Positions 9,406-19,062 of a DNA stretch of 64,000 bases are shown piece by piece. Position 1 is the first letter of the stretch. The number at the start of each line of letters is the position of its first letter. The position numbers were made by a program, and so were the translations under genes. Under the pieces are notes generated by a model. That model ran no database searches. It worked only from the letters and a program-made list of their open reading frames with translations, and was not told the DNA's origin. The stretch comes from Lentisphaeria bacterium (GTDB lineage Bacteria > Verrucomicrobiota > Lentisphaeria > Victivallales > UBA1829): positions 7,813-71,812 of the forward strand of contig JAGCNI010000031.1 of NCBI GenBank assembly GCA_017646015.1. The letters run 5' to 3'.

Positions 9406-10683
9406 TTATTTTCTGTTAATGGCACGATATGCAATATCTGAACGGTACTGCACACCTTCCCAATGAATCTTTTTCACTCCGGCATAAGCCTTGGCTGTGG
9501 CATCCGCAACGGTCGGACCTTCTGCAGTCACAACCAGAACACGTCCGCCATTATTGACCAGAACACCGTCTTTGACTGCTGTACCGGCATGGAACACGAT
9601 CACTCCTTCCGCTTCAGCCGCTTCAATTCCCGTGATGGGATAACCTTTCTGAAGCGTTCCGGGATATCCGGCAGATGCCATGACAATGCAGACAGAGGGT
9701 TGTTCGCCCCAAACCATCTGAGCCTGATCCAATTTTTTCTGTGCTGTTTTGCTGAGCACATCAAACAGACTGCTCTTCAGGCGCGGCAGCAGAGCTTCTG
9801 TTTCAGGATCGCCGAAACGAACATTGAATTCCAATACTTTCGGACCATTTTTTGTAACCATGATCCCGGCATAGATGATCCCGCGGTATTCAAGACCTTC
9901 ACTCTGAATCCCTTTGAGGAAACGGGCAAGGACTGTTTCAGAAATTTCAGTCATCAATTCATCCGTAACGACTGGAGCAGGAGAGTATGCACCCATTCCC
10001 CCGGTATTCGGACCCATATCTTTATCCAGCAAACGTTTATGATCCTGAGAAGAAACCAGCGGAACAATTGTATTTCCATCGGTCAGGGCCAGGATGGATG
10101 CTTCTTCACCTTCCAAAAGTTCTTCAATGACCACCAGACTTCCGGCAGCACCGAAAGTTCCGGAGAAACAGGAACGGACAGCGTCTTCCGCTTCCTGCTG
10201 ACATGTTGCAACGATCACACCTTTTCCTGCAGCAAGACCATCCGCTTTGACGACCACGCCGCGACCGGCAGCATATTCAGCCGCCACATATTCCAATGCC
10301 TTTTCAGGTTCGGAAAATGTTGCATAACGGGCAGTGGGAATATCATATTTGACCATAAACTGTTTGGAAAAATCCTTGCTGCCTTCCAGACGGGCACCCG
10401 CTTTGGATGGACCGAACACGGGAATACCTTTTGCACGGACAACATCAGCGACACCATCACAAAGGGGCTGTTCCGGCCCGACAACCAACAGATCGATCTG
10501 ATTTTTGACAGCAAAATCTGCAACGGCTTCATTATCTCCGGAGGGCAGAGCCACACATTCAGCGATCTGTGCGATCCCCGGATTTCCCGGAGAACAATAC
10601 AATTTATCCACTTCAGGACTCAAACTCAAACCATGGCAGATCGCATGTTCTCTGCCACCGCTGCCCAGAACCATTACTTTCAT
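9406..10683 (-). CDS. purD: phosphoribosylamine--glycine ligase
   Basis: N-terminus MKVMVLGSGGREHAI, ATP-grasp core, 425 aa, colinear with PurD throughout. Confidence 0.95.
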   Translation of the reverse strand: MKVMVLGSGGREHAICHGLSLSPEVDKLYCSPGNPGIAQIAECVALPSGDNEAVADFAVKNQIDLLVVGPEQPLCDGVADVVRAKGIPVFGPSKAGARLEGSKDFSKQFMVKYDIPTARYATFSEPEKALEYVAAEYAAGRGVVVKADGLAAGKGVIVATCQQEAEDAVRSCFSGTFGAAGSLVVIEELLEGEEASILALTDGNTIVPLVSSQDHKRLLDKDMGPNTGGMGAYSPAPVVTDELMTEISETVLARFLKGIQSEGLEYRGIIYAGIMVTKNGPKVLEFNVRFGDPETEALLPRLKSSLFDVLSKTAQKKLDQAQMVWGEQPSVCIVMASAGYPGTLQKGYPITGIEAAEAEGVIVFHAGTAVKDGVLVNNGGRVLVVTAEGPTVADATAKAYAGVKKIHWEGVQYRSDIAYRAINRK

Positions 10684-10701
10684 GATTACTATATCCTTAC
10701 C

Positions 10702-11091
10702 TTATTTGCTTTTTCCGGAAGCAGGTTTTGTTTCCATCTTTTTGACAGGTGCGGGAGCTGCATCTTTTTTGGCGGTATCCGCTTTGACAGCAGGTGCTGC
10801 CGCTGCCTGCTGCAACAGAACAGAACCGGATACAGCATCACCCTTAGAGCGATGACCGGTCATCACAGCCAGAGCAAGAGTCAAAACAAAGAAAAGAGTC
10901 AGAAGGATCACAGTCAACTTGGAAAGCTGACCCATGACCTGTGTTCCGAAAACACTTTCGCCGATCCCCCCGAATGCAGAACCGAATCCGCCGCCTTTGG
11001 AAGGCTGCACAAGAACAAGACCGATCAACAGAACAGCAATCAGAACGACAGCTGTGTAAAGAATAGCACTGACAACAGTAAACATTTGCAT
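10702..11091 (-). CDS. secG: preprotein translocase subunit SecG (with Ala/Lys/Pro-rich C-terminal extension)
   Basis: An N-terminal TM helix is followed by the LVQPSKGGGFGSAFGG signature and a second TM helix. It lies 18 nt upstream of purD. Confidence 0.85.
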   Translation of the reverse strand: MQMFTVVSAILYTAVVLIAVLLIGLVLVQPSKGGGFGSAFGGIGESVFGTQVMGQLSKLTVILLTLFFVLTLALAVMTGHRSKGDAVSGSVLLQQAAAAPAVKADTAKKDAAPAPVKKMETKPASGKSK

Positions 11092-11144
11092 TTCATCCTT
11101 TGATTTATGGGTTTATAACTCTCTTTTTTCTTTAAAAGTCCAAT

Positions 11145-11173
11145 ACTATAACACAACTTCCATCATTTTGCAA
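11145..11173 (-). promoter_or_regulatory. candidate promoter for secG-purD (TTGCAA-N17-TATAGT)
   Basis: Read on the minus strand between the lnt stop and the secG start. Confidence 0.3.
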
Positions 11174-11178
11174 ACGCC

Positions 11179-12933
11179 TTAACCCCTCTTTATATCAAAC
11201 ATTTCTAAAAAAGTAGCCTTATACGTCCGCCAATTCAGGATCGACCACAGAAAAATCAACAAAAACACTCCCGCACAAATCCCGATAAACAGATTCCCGT
11301 AACGAGTGTAAAATGTCGGCTCCGGATCCAGGGGACAACGAAATTCCAGAATTTGCGAGACACGTTCAAATTTTCCGGGTGTCTTTCCGGCAATACTCTG
11401 CAGTTTTCCATTCGGACCGACAACCACACTGTAATTGGAATTTCCGCAACGCAGCATCGGCAAACGAGTTTCAACCGTTCTGAAAACAGAATTGGCAAAG
11501 TGTTGATACGGTTCATAACTGGTCGGATACCACGCATCATTGGTCACGACCAACAGAGCATTGGCTCTTTTCAGTGCATGGGCCCGGGAAATATAAGCAA
11601 AAATATCTTCATAACAGATCGAAATCCCCAAACGCAGATCTTCATACGGTTTCACCGGCAGAAAACCGGATCCTCTGGTAAGGTTGCGCCCCATTCCGAG
11701 CATCTTATTCAACCAGGGAAATGTATCCCCGAACGGAACATATTCTCCGAAAGGAACAATATGCACTTTACTGTATATATCTTCCAGTTTGGCATTCCGC
11801 ACCAGCATGGCGGAATTATACAGCTCAACGCCGTCCCGCGCAGTTTCAGAAGCTTTCAAATACAATGTCCCGATCAGCATAGGAACTTGAACTGCACGAC
11901 TGATCCGTGCCACTTCATTGCGGAAACGTTCAGAAAGAAAATAGTCTGCATTGAAAGCCACGGGAACAGCTGTTTCCGGCCAGACAAGCAGATCCATTTT
12001 TGCAGCTGGATCATTCTGAAAACGGAGTAATTCCTCACTGAGTTTCACACAAACATCGATCGCCTCCAATGTCCGTTCCGTTCCACCGCTGCGGCGTTGG
12101 GAGAGATCCGGCTGAACCACCCCGACACGGAATGTTTTGAATTCACCGCTTTTCTGTTCCCAGCGTACATACCGTTTGACCCCGAACATCACACAGCAAT
12201 AGACCAGTGCCAGAGCAAACAGCAATGTACAGAACGGCGCATGAAGATCTTTTTTATTTTTCATCCGGGGAATTTCTCCGATCACTCCAGCCAAAGCAAG
12301 ATTGACTGTCAACACAACAAAGCTGATTCCGTAAATCCCGGTGTATTCACAAATCTGGATCACAGACAACACACTCCACTGACTGCTGCCGACCAGATTC
12401 CACGGCAAACCGGTCAGGATCCACGAGCGCACCCACTCGGTTACACACCACAAGGAAGCAAGAGCCAGACAACATGCAAGTTCTTTGAACGGATTGCGGT
12501 TCCGGTATGCCTGAACAGCCTCCGCCCCTTTCAAACGGATATCCGGCGGTACAATGATCCATTTATAAATAAAAGGAAGTGCCATTCCCCAGAACGCAGG
12601 AAAAACACCCAGCAGAAACGAAAAAACAAACGGAATAATAAAAACGATCTCCCGGAGCCACATAAAAGAAAACAGACTCCAGAAATATCCCCAGAGCCAT
12701 GTCAGCCAGAAAGCCTTGCGGACAGAACAACGGGTGATGATCAGGATCAACGGAATCAGACCGACCCATGCCAGAGCATACCATGAGACCCCGGCAAAAA
12801 TCGTGGAATACAACGCTCCGGAAGCGGCGCAGATCAGACATTCAAGAACAGTACGGAGGTGTCCGGAAGTAAAGGCAAGGCGTTTCGCAGCCTGATTTTG
12901 AGGGCTTTTTTCAGAAATATCCATAAAAAACAT
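11179..12933 (-). CDS. lnt: apolipoprotein N-acyltransferase
   Basis: A polytopic N-terminal half is followed by a CN-hydrolase domain (VGVVQPD, LLVWPETA, catalytic-Cys motif ISICYEDIF). An alternative ATG lies at 12924. Confidence 0.9.
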   Translation of the reverse strand: MFFMDISEKSPQNQAAKRLAFTSGHLRTVLECLICAASGALYSTIFAGVSWYALAWVGLIPLILIITRCSVRKAFWLTWLWGYFWSLFSFMWLREIVFIIPFVFSFLLGVFPAFWGMALPFIYKWIIVPPDIRLKGAEAVQAYRNRNPFKELACCLALASLWCVTEWVRSWILTGLPWNLVGSSQWSVLSVIQICEYTGIYGISFVVLTVNLALAGVIGEIPRMKNKKDLHAPFCTLLFALALVYCCVMFGVKRYVRWEQKSGEFKTFRVGVVQPDLSQRRSGGTERTLEAIDVCVKLSEELLRFQNDPAAKMDLLVWPETAVPVAFNADYFLSERFRNEVARISRAVQVPMLIGTLYLKASETARDGVELYNSAMLVRNAKLEDIYSKVHIVPFGEYVPFGDTFPWLNKMLGMGRNLTRGSGFLPVKPYEDLRLGISICYEDIFAYISRAHALKRANALLVVTNDAWYPTSYEPYQHFANSVFRTVETRLPMLRCGNSNYSVVVGPNGKLQSIAGKTPGKFERVSQILEFRCPLDPEPTFYTRYGNLFIGICAGVFLLIFLWSILNWRTYKATFLEMFDIKRG

Positions 12934-13014
12934 CCTTTTTTAACAGTGAAACATTAGCAAAATCAACAAACTGCATGTAATTTACCGTCTGAAATGAAAA
13001 AATAAAACCCGTAA

Positions 13015-14697
13015 ATGAAAAAAGGTTCGGAAAAAATGACTACTACACAGGAAATTTATTTTGATCATCTGGTCATTGGCAGTGGACTTGCCGGACTTTC
13101 CAGTGCGTTGACCCTCGCAGAACGCTGCCAGGGTGAAATCGCTGTCGTAACAAAAGGTGCTATTGATGATTGCAACAGTCGTCTTGCTCAGGGCGGGATC
13201 GCATGTGTTATTCATAATCAGGATTCGTTTGATGAACATCTTGCCGATACCATGAATGCCGGAGGCAATCTCTGCAATGCAAAAAATGCCCGTCAGATCA
13301 TCGAAGCCGGACCGGAACGGATCCAATGGCTGACCGATACGATCGGAACTCATTTCACAACTCGCGGCGAAATGGGAGATCCGCAGTTATCTCACAAAAA
13401 TGAATATGACCTCGGCAGAGAAGGCGGACACCTGAAACGGCGTATTCTCCACTCCGGCGATATCACCGGGGAAGAAGTGGAACGTTCTCTGGTGGCAGCA
13501 TGCCGGAAAGAACCGCGGATCCATATTTTTGAACAGCATATTGCCGTTGACCTCATCACAAAAGCACGCCTCGGCCGCGGCATGCAGGATGATATCTGTC
13601 TCGGCGCGTATGTACTCGACACAAAAAGCGGCGAAGTGAAAACTTTCAGCGCACTGACAACCTCCATCGCCACCGGTGGATGCGGGAAAGTCTATCTCTG
13701 CACATGCAATTCCGATGTCGCATGCGGGGGCGGAGTCGCTATGGCGTACCGTGCCTATGCAAAAATCGCGAATATGGAATTCTATCAGTTTCATCCGACC
13801 CTGCTCTATCATCCGCAAGTCAAAAACTTTCTGATCAGCGAAGCTCTGCGCGGGGAAGGCGGAACACTGAAAATGCAATACACCAAAGGGGTATATACCG
13901 AATTCATGCAGCATTATCATGAAATGAAATCTCTCGCACCCCGTGATGCTGTTGCAAGAGCCATCGACAGTGAACTGAAACGTACCGGACAGTCCTGCGC
14001 CTATCTGGATATGACACACAAAGATGAAGCTTTCCTGAAAATGCGTTTCCCCAGAATCTATGCACAGTGCCTCGCTCTCGGAATCAATATCGCAAAAGAT
14101 CCGATCCCCGTAGTGCCCGGTGCACATTTCAGCTGCGGCGGCGTCCTCACAGATACCAATGGTTATACAGGGATCAAAGGACTCTATGCCGTCGGTGAAA
14201 CCGGATGCACAGGACTGCATGGCGCAAACCGTCTTGCAAGCAACAGTCTCCTCGAAACGATCGTTGTACCGAAACTGGCATCCGATCATATCGCGGCAAA
14301 TCTGGATGAACTCCGGAAAAACAGACCGGATTTTCCCATCCCGCCGTGGACAACCGGCAATGCCACAAACTCCGATGAACTGGTCGTGATCTCCCATAAC
14401 TGGGATGAGATCCGCAGATTCATGTGGGACTACGTGGGAATTGTCCGTACAAATAAACGCCTGGAACGGGCAAAACGGAGAATTGAAAATATCCAGCGGG
14501 AAATCGACAAGTATTACTGGGATTTCCATATTACCAGCGACTTGATCGAACTGCGGAATATTGCCACAACCGCACAACTGATCATCGAATCTGCAATGCT
14601 CCGGCACGAAAGCCGGGGCCTCCATTATAACGCAGATTATCCGCAACGTGATCCTTCCATGGATGGCGTTGATACTGTCATTCAAAAAAAATATTGA
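13015..14697 (+). CDS. nadB: L-aspartate oxidase
   Basis: FAD dinucleotide fold DHLVIGSGLAGLS, QGGIA motif, and fumarate-reductase/succinate-DH flavoprotein-like core (FHPT, GLYAVGETGCTGLHGANRLASNSL). An alternative ATG lies at 13036. Confidence 0.92.
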   Translation: MKKGSEKMTTTQEIYFDHLVIGSGLAGLSSALTLAERCQGEIAVVTKGAIDDCNSRLAQGGIACVIHNQDSFDEHLADTMNAGGNLCNAKNARQIIEAGPERIQWLTDTIGTHFTTRGEMGDPQLSHKNEYDLGREGGHLKRRILHSGDITGEEVERSLVAACRKEPRIHIFEQHIAVDLITKARLGRGMQDDICLGAYVLDTKSGEVKTFSALTTSIATGGCGKVYLCTCNSDVACGGGVAMAYRAYAKIANMEFYQFHPTLLYHPQVKNFLISEALRGEGGTLKMQYTKGVYTEFMQHYHEMKSLAPRDAVARAIDSELKRTGQSCAYLDMTHKDEAFLKMRFPRIYAQCLALGINIAKDPIPVVPGAHFSCGGVLTDTNGYTGIKGLYAVGETGCTGLHGANRLASNSLLETIVVPKLASDHIAANLDELRKNRPDFPIPPWTTGNATNSDELVVISHNWDEIRRFMWDYVGIVRTNKRLERAKRRIENIQREIDKYYWDFHITSDLIELRNIATTAQLIIESAMLRHESRGLHYNADYPQRDPSMDGVDTVIQKKY

Positions 14698-14718
14698 GAT
14701 CCTGATCCTGTTTCCATT

Positions 14719-15972
14719 ATGCTGAAAGAAAAAATACTTCCTCATATTACTGTTATTATAGAACAGCTCCAGCGCGCCGGATATGAAGCCTATATCGTCG
14801 GCGGAGCCGTCCGTGATATCCTGCTCGACAGAACCCCGAAAGATTATGATATCTCCACCTCCGCCACTCCGGAGGAAGTACGCAAAGTCTTCCGGGATCG
14901 CCATACTCTCATCATCGGCAGAAGATTCAGACTGGTCCATCTCTTTCATCACGGCGATATCATCGAAATCAGCACTTTCAGGAAACAACCACAACCTCAA
15001 CAGGATCTGCACCGTCCGGGCAGCACCGCTCCCGAAAATATGATCTTTCAGGATAACGAATTCGGAACCGCTCAGGAAGATGCACGACGGAGAGATTTCA
15101 CTGTCAACGCTTTATTCTATGACCCGGTCAAAGATCTGATCATTGATTATACCGGCATGGGACAACAGGATATTGCTGACGGATGCATCCGCTCCATCGG
15201 AGATCCGGCATTGCGTTTTGAAGAAGATCCCGTCCGGATCCTCCGGGCTCTGAAACTGGTCGGACAATATGGATTCAAATTGGAAAAACAGACCGAAAAA
15301 GCACTCCATGATTGTATGGATTTTATCGATCACGCCTCCAATTCAAGATTGACCCTGGAACTGGAAAAAATCCTGAAAAATCCGTATGGACACCGGATCA
15401 TCAAAACATTTCACGAATATGGTTTTCTGAAAAAATTTCTTCCGTTCGTCGATAAACGTTGGGGAACTCCAGCTTGCAATTATATGTTATCTCTGCTGGA
15501 AGAACGGAACAGAAGAGTCCGCTCCGGTCTTTACAGAGACAGTATCTCTCTGGCTATGTCTGTCTTCACTCTTCCCTTTGCCGAACAGTATCTGGGACAA
15601 GGCGAACCCGGTTCCCTCTGGGAAAACCGTCTCGGAATCAATGACGCTCTCTGGGATCTGATCCATGAAGTGCTCAAACCGGCAGCCCTGACACGCAGGG
15701 CAGTTTCCGCCTCCATCCGGACAATGGTTTTGCAGGAACGTTTGAAAAATCTGAATCTGAAAAGACTTACTTCTCATCCAGGCTACCCGCATGCAAGAGA
15801 ACTGGCGATCTTACAAAACAATGTTTTGTGGCACATGGAAACACTGGAAGACTCTCTGCCGCCGCCGGCTCCCGGAACAGAAAAGAAAAAAAGACATCAT
15901 CGCGGCAACAGAGCACGCAAGAAAAATATCTCCGTTCCCGGCAATGAAAACCCCACGGATCAAAATCAATGA
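14719..15972 (+). CDS. class II nucleotidyltransferase (poly(A) polymerase / CCA-adding enzyme family)
   Basis: Motifs GYEAYIVGGAVRDILL, DYDIST and RRDFTVNALFYD, plus EEDPVRILRALK. The C-terminal tail is basic. Sequence alone cannot separate PcnB from CCA-adding enzyme. Confidence 0.85.
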   Translation: MLKEKILPHITVIIEQLQRAGYEAYIVGGAVRDILLDRTPKDYDISTSATPEEVRKVFRDRHTLIIGRRFRLVHLFHHGDIIEISTFRKQPQPQQDLHRPGSTAPENMIFQDNEFGTAQEDARRRDFTVNALFYDPVKDLIIDYTGMGQQDIADGCIRSIGDPALRFEEDPVRILRALKLVGQYGFKLEKQTEKALHDCMDFIDHASNSRLTLELEKILKNPYGHRIIKTFHEYGFLKKFLPFVDKRWGTPACNYMLSLLEERNRRVRSGLYRDSISLAMSVFTLPFAEQYLGQGEPGSLWENRLGINDALWDLIHEVLKPAALTRRAVSASIRTMVLQERLKNLNLKRLTSHPGYPHARELAILQNNVLWHMETLEDSLPPPAPGTEKKKRHHRGNRARKKNISVPGNENPTDQNQ

Positions 15973-15987
15973 AAGGAACTGCATATT

Positions 15988-16275
15988 ATGCCCACTCTTT
16001 TGAAAATCATATTGATCATTCTTGCGATCCCGCTGATCATCGGAATCCTGACCATCCTTCTCCCCTTCCTGCTCTGTCTGCTGTTGCTCTCCCTCTTTCT
16101 GCCATCATACAGAACATTCCATATACTCAATATGAAAAACAGAATGAATCAGACAGGCAGACAGCAAGCCCCCGCAGAAGACGAGGAGGCTGTTGATGTG
16201 GATTGCACAGTGATCAATACAGAACAGTCTGCCGGAGAAAAACCGTCCACCACGCCTCCCTCCCTGAACCGCTGA
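15988..16275 (+). CDS. hypothetical small membrane protein
   Basis: The N-terminal 45 aa are almost entirely hydrophobic (ILIILAIPLIIGILTILLPFLLCLLLLSLFL), followed by an acidic/polar tail. It begins with ATG 16 nt after the preceding stop. Confidence 0.5.
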   Translation: MPTLLKIILIILAIPLIIGILTILLPFLLCLLLLSLFLPSYRTFHILNMKNRMNQTGRQQAPAEDEEAVDVDCTVINTEQSAGEKPSTTPPSLNR

Positions 16276-16354
16276 AAAAACGGAAAACAAAGTAAAAACA
16301 GCTCATAAATGATAAAATAGAGCAATTTTTTTGCATTTTTACAACACTTCCCGC

Positions 16355-16383
16355 TTGAAAGATAGGCATTTGGAGGTGATATT
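16355..16383 (+). promoter_or_regulatory. candidate promoter for proS (TTGAAA-N17-GATATT)
   Basis: Read directly, about 45 nt upstream of the proS ATG. Confidence 0.3.
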
Positions 16384-16428
16384 AACAGGTTAAAGAAATT
16401 TTAAGTATTTACTTTGGAGATATCAACT

Positions 16429-18162
16429 ATGAGAATGTCACAAATGCTCGGTCGGCGGATCAAGGAAGATCCGAAAGATGCAAAAACCATCAGCCATAAA
16501 TTTCTGGTTCGCGGCGGTTACATCCGCGGTGTCTCGGCGGGGATTTATTCCATCCTGCCGCTCGGGATGCGGATCATTGAAAAAATCGAAACCATCATCC
16601 GGGAGGAAATGAACCGGATCGACGGTCAGGAAGTCAAAATGCCGGTCGTTCTCCCCGCAGAACTCTGGGAAGAATCCGGAAGATATCAGAGTGTCGGACA
16701 GGAATTGCTCCGTTTCAAAGACCGTAACGGCAAGCCCATGATCCTCGGTATGACTCATGAAGAAGCGATTGTTCACATGGTCCGTTCCGAAGTCACCAGC
16801 TACAAACAGCTCCCCCTGATGGCATATCAGCTTCAGACAAAATACCGTGATGAAGCACGCCCCAGAGCCGGACTGATCCGTGTCCGTGAATTCACCATGA
16901 AAGATGCTTACAGTTTCCACACTTCACAGGAAGATCTGGAAAAATACTATGAACGGGCTCATGAAGCATACGTACGCATCTATAAACGGGTCGGTCTGCA
17001 GCATGTCGTTTCCATCAAAGCGAACTCCGGTATGATGGGCGGAAATGTCTCGCACGAATTCATGTCCGTCGCAGATTGCGGAGAAGATACGATCTTCCTC
17101 TCTCCGGATATGTCCAGCTACAAAGCAAACCGTGAAATCGCTGTCTCCGCTCTCAAATTTGAAAAAAACGGCGAAGAACTTCCTCTGGAAAAAGTTCATA
17201 CTCCCGGACAGAAGACCATTGAAGAGGTTGCTTCTTTCCTGAAAGTCAAACCGGAACAGACCGGAAAAGCTGTCTTCTATGCAGATGGAGAAGGCAAACT
17301 GATTTTTGTTATGATCCGCGGTGATTTTGAAGTCAACGAAACAAAATTGCAGAATCATCTGGCTGTTTCCGAACTGAAATTTGCAAACGATGAACAGATC
17401 CGTGCCGCCGGTGCAGTCCCCGGTTTCGCATCTCCGGTCGGAATCGATCCCTCCAAAGTCAGAATCGTGATCGATCACTCCGTTGCAGGCAGCTCCAATC
17501 TGGTGGTCGGTGCCAATGAAACAGATTACCACTACATCAACTTCAATTACGGCAGAGATCTCAAAGATGTGGATGTGACCGATATCGCAACCGTCCGCGA
17601 AGGCGATCCCTGCCCGGTCACCGGACAGCCTCTCATGATGAAACGCGGTATCGAAGTCGGAAATATCTTCCAGCTCGGTACAAAATATTCCAAACCGATG
17701 AACTGCAATTATCTGGATAAAGACGGCAAATCTCATCCGATGATCATGGGTTGCTACGGAATCGGTGTCGGACGTACCATGGCATCTGTCGTGGAAGATT
17801 CTCATGATGATTACGGTCCGGTCTGGCCCATGTCCATCGCTCCTTATCAGATTCATCTCTGCGCCCTCAATCCGGACAAAAACGGTGTGGGCGATGCAGC
17901 TGAAAAACTTTACAAAGAACTGACCGCACTCGGTGTGGAAGTTCTTTTCGATGATCGCGGTGAAAAAGCAGGATTTATGTTCAGTGAAGCGGATCTGATC
18001 GGAATTCCGCTCCGGGCAATTGTTTCTCCCAAGAGCCTGGATCAAGGCAAAATCGAATTCAAACTCCGTACTTCCCGTGATGCAGAACTGCTCCCCGTTG
18101 AAGAAGCAGCAAAAATCATCGCGGAAAAAGTCCGTGCAGAACTGGATAAGTTCAATATCTGA
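16429..18162 (+). CDS. proS: proline--tRNA ligase (bacterial type with INS editing domain)
   Basis: MRMSQMLGRRIKEDPKDA..SHKFLVRGGYI, class II motifs and a ~180-aa insertion domain. The track start at 16414 is TTG. The ATG at 16429 sits 8 nt after GGAGA and is preferred. Confidence 0.95.
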   Translation: MRMSQMLGRRIKEDPKDAKTISHKFLVRGGYIRGVSAGIYSILPLGMRIIEKIETIIREEMNRIDGQEVKMPVVLPAELWEESGRYQSVGQELLRFKDRNGKPMILGMTHEEAIVHMVRSEVTSYKQLPLMAYQLQTKYRDEARPRAGLIRVREFTMKDAYSFHTSQEDLEKYYERAHEAYVRIYKRVGLQHVVSIKANSGMMGGNVSHEFMSVADCGEDTIFLSPDMSSYKANREIAVSALKFEKNGEELPLEKVHTPGQKTIEEVASFLKVKPEQTGKAVFYADGEGKLIFVMIRGDFEVNETKLQNHLAVSELKFANDEQIRAAGAVPGFASPVGIDPSKVRIVIDHSVAGSSNLVVGANETDYHYINFNYGRDLKDVDVTDIATVREGDPCPVTGQPLMMKRGIEVGNIFQLGTKYSKPMNCNYLDKDGKSHPMIMGCYGIGVGRTMASVVEDSHDDYGPVWPMSIAPYQIHLCALNPDKNGVGDAAEKLYKELTALGVEVLFDDRGEKAGFMFSEADLIGIPLRAIVSPKSLDQGKIEFKLRTSRDAELLPVEEAAKIIAEKVRAELDKFNI

Positions 18163-18180
18163 CGGAAAGGAATAAATATC

Positions 18181-19062
18181 ATGTGGAAATATACACCTAA
18201 AGTCATGGATCATTTTCTGAACCCGCGCAACGTCGGGGAAATCGAAAATGCAGATGCCGTCGCTGAAGTCGGAAATATCACTTGCGGCGATGCTCTTAAA
18301 ATCTATCTCAAACTGGATGACAGCGGAAAAATCTGCGATGTAAAATTCAAAACTTTCGGCTGTGCTTCTGCAATCGCATCCTCTTCGGCTCTCACCGAAA
18401 TCGTTATGGGAAAAACTTTGGAAGAAGCCGCAAAAATCACCAATAAAGATATTGTCGATCTCCTCGGTGAACTCCCCGAAGAAAAAATGCACTGCTCTGT
18501 CATGGGCATGGAAGCATTGCAGGCGGCAATCGCAAATTACAAGAAAAACAGAGGCGAAGAATATCAGGAAATCGCATCTGAAGATGACCACGAAGGCAGA
18601 ATCGTATGCAAATGTTTCGGCGTTACCGATACGAAAATCCGGAAAGTCGCTCTCGAAAATAATCTCCATACCGTCGAACAGATCACAGATTACACCAAAG
18701 CAGGCGGCGCATGCAGCATGTGTCTTGATCAGATCCAGGAGATCCTCGACAGTATCTGGAGAGAACAATCCGCTCAACAGACAAAAAATGAAACATCCAA
18801 AGATGATGCTTTCGCTGCCCTCTCTGTTGTGAAAAAAGTTCTCCGGGTACAGGAAGTCATCGACAAGGAAATCCGCCCCGCTCTCGAAAAAGACGGCGGC
18901 AGCATTGAACTGATCGACATCGAAGGAAACAATGTCAAAGTCATGCTCAAAGGTCGTTGCGCCTCCTGTCCAAATGCGAAACTCACTCTCAAAAAACTGG
19001 TGCAGAGCAAGCTCAATGAGTTTGTCTCCGACCGCCTGACCGTCCTGGAGGTCCAGCAATGA
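18181..19062 (+). CDS. nifU: Fe-S cluster assembly scaffold NifU (three-domain)
   Basis: It has an IscU-like domain (GNITCGDALKIY, KTFGCASAIASS, HCSVMG), a central Cys-rich ferredoxin-like domain (CKCFGV...GGACSMC) and a C-terminal Nfu domain (GRCASCPNA). Confidence 0.92.
   Translation: MWKYTPKVMDHFLNPRNVGEIENADAVAEVGNITCGDALKIYLKLDDSGKICDVKFKTFGCASAIASSSALTEIVMGKTLEEAAKITNKDIVDLLGELPEEKMHCSVMGMEALQAAIANYKKNRGEEYQEIASEDDHEGRIVCKCFGVTDTKIRKVALENNLHTVEQITDYTKAGGACSMCLDQIQEILDSIWREQSAQQTKNETSKDDAFAALSVVKKVLRVQEVIDKEIRPALEKDGGSIELIDIEGNNVKVMLKGRCASCPNAKLTLKKLVQSKLNEFVSDRLTVLEVQQ

Noticed and set aside
9463-11103. 546-aa plus-strand ORF spanning purD and secG.
   Set aside because: It is a shadow frame of two well-supported minus-strand genes. 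It even crosses their intergenic gap, which no real gene would be expected to respect.
13387-15012. 541-aa minus-strand ORF over nadB and the start of the nucleotidyltransferase gene.
   Set aside because: It is a codon-aligned shadow of nadB, with no domain signature.
15969-16196. 75-aa ORF overlapping the 95-aa small membrane-protein ORF in another frame.
   Set aside because: It is an alternative frame of the same locus. The 15988..16275 frame has an ATG, an SD-like aaagga and a coherent hydrophobic segment. The other frame has none of these.
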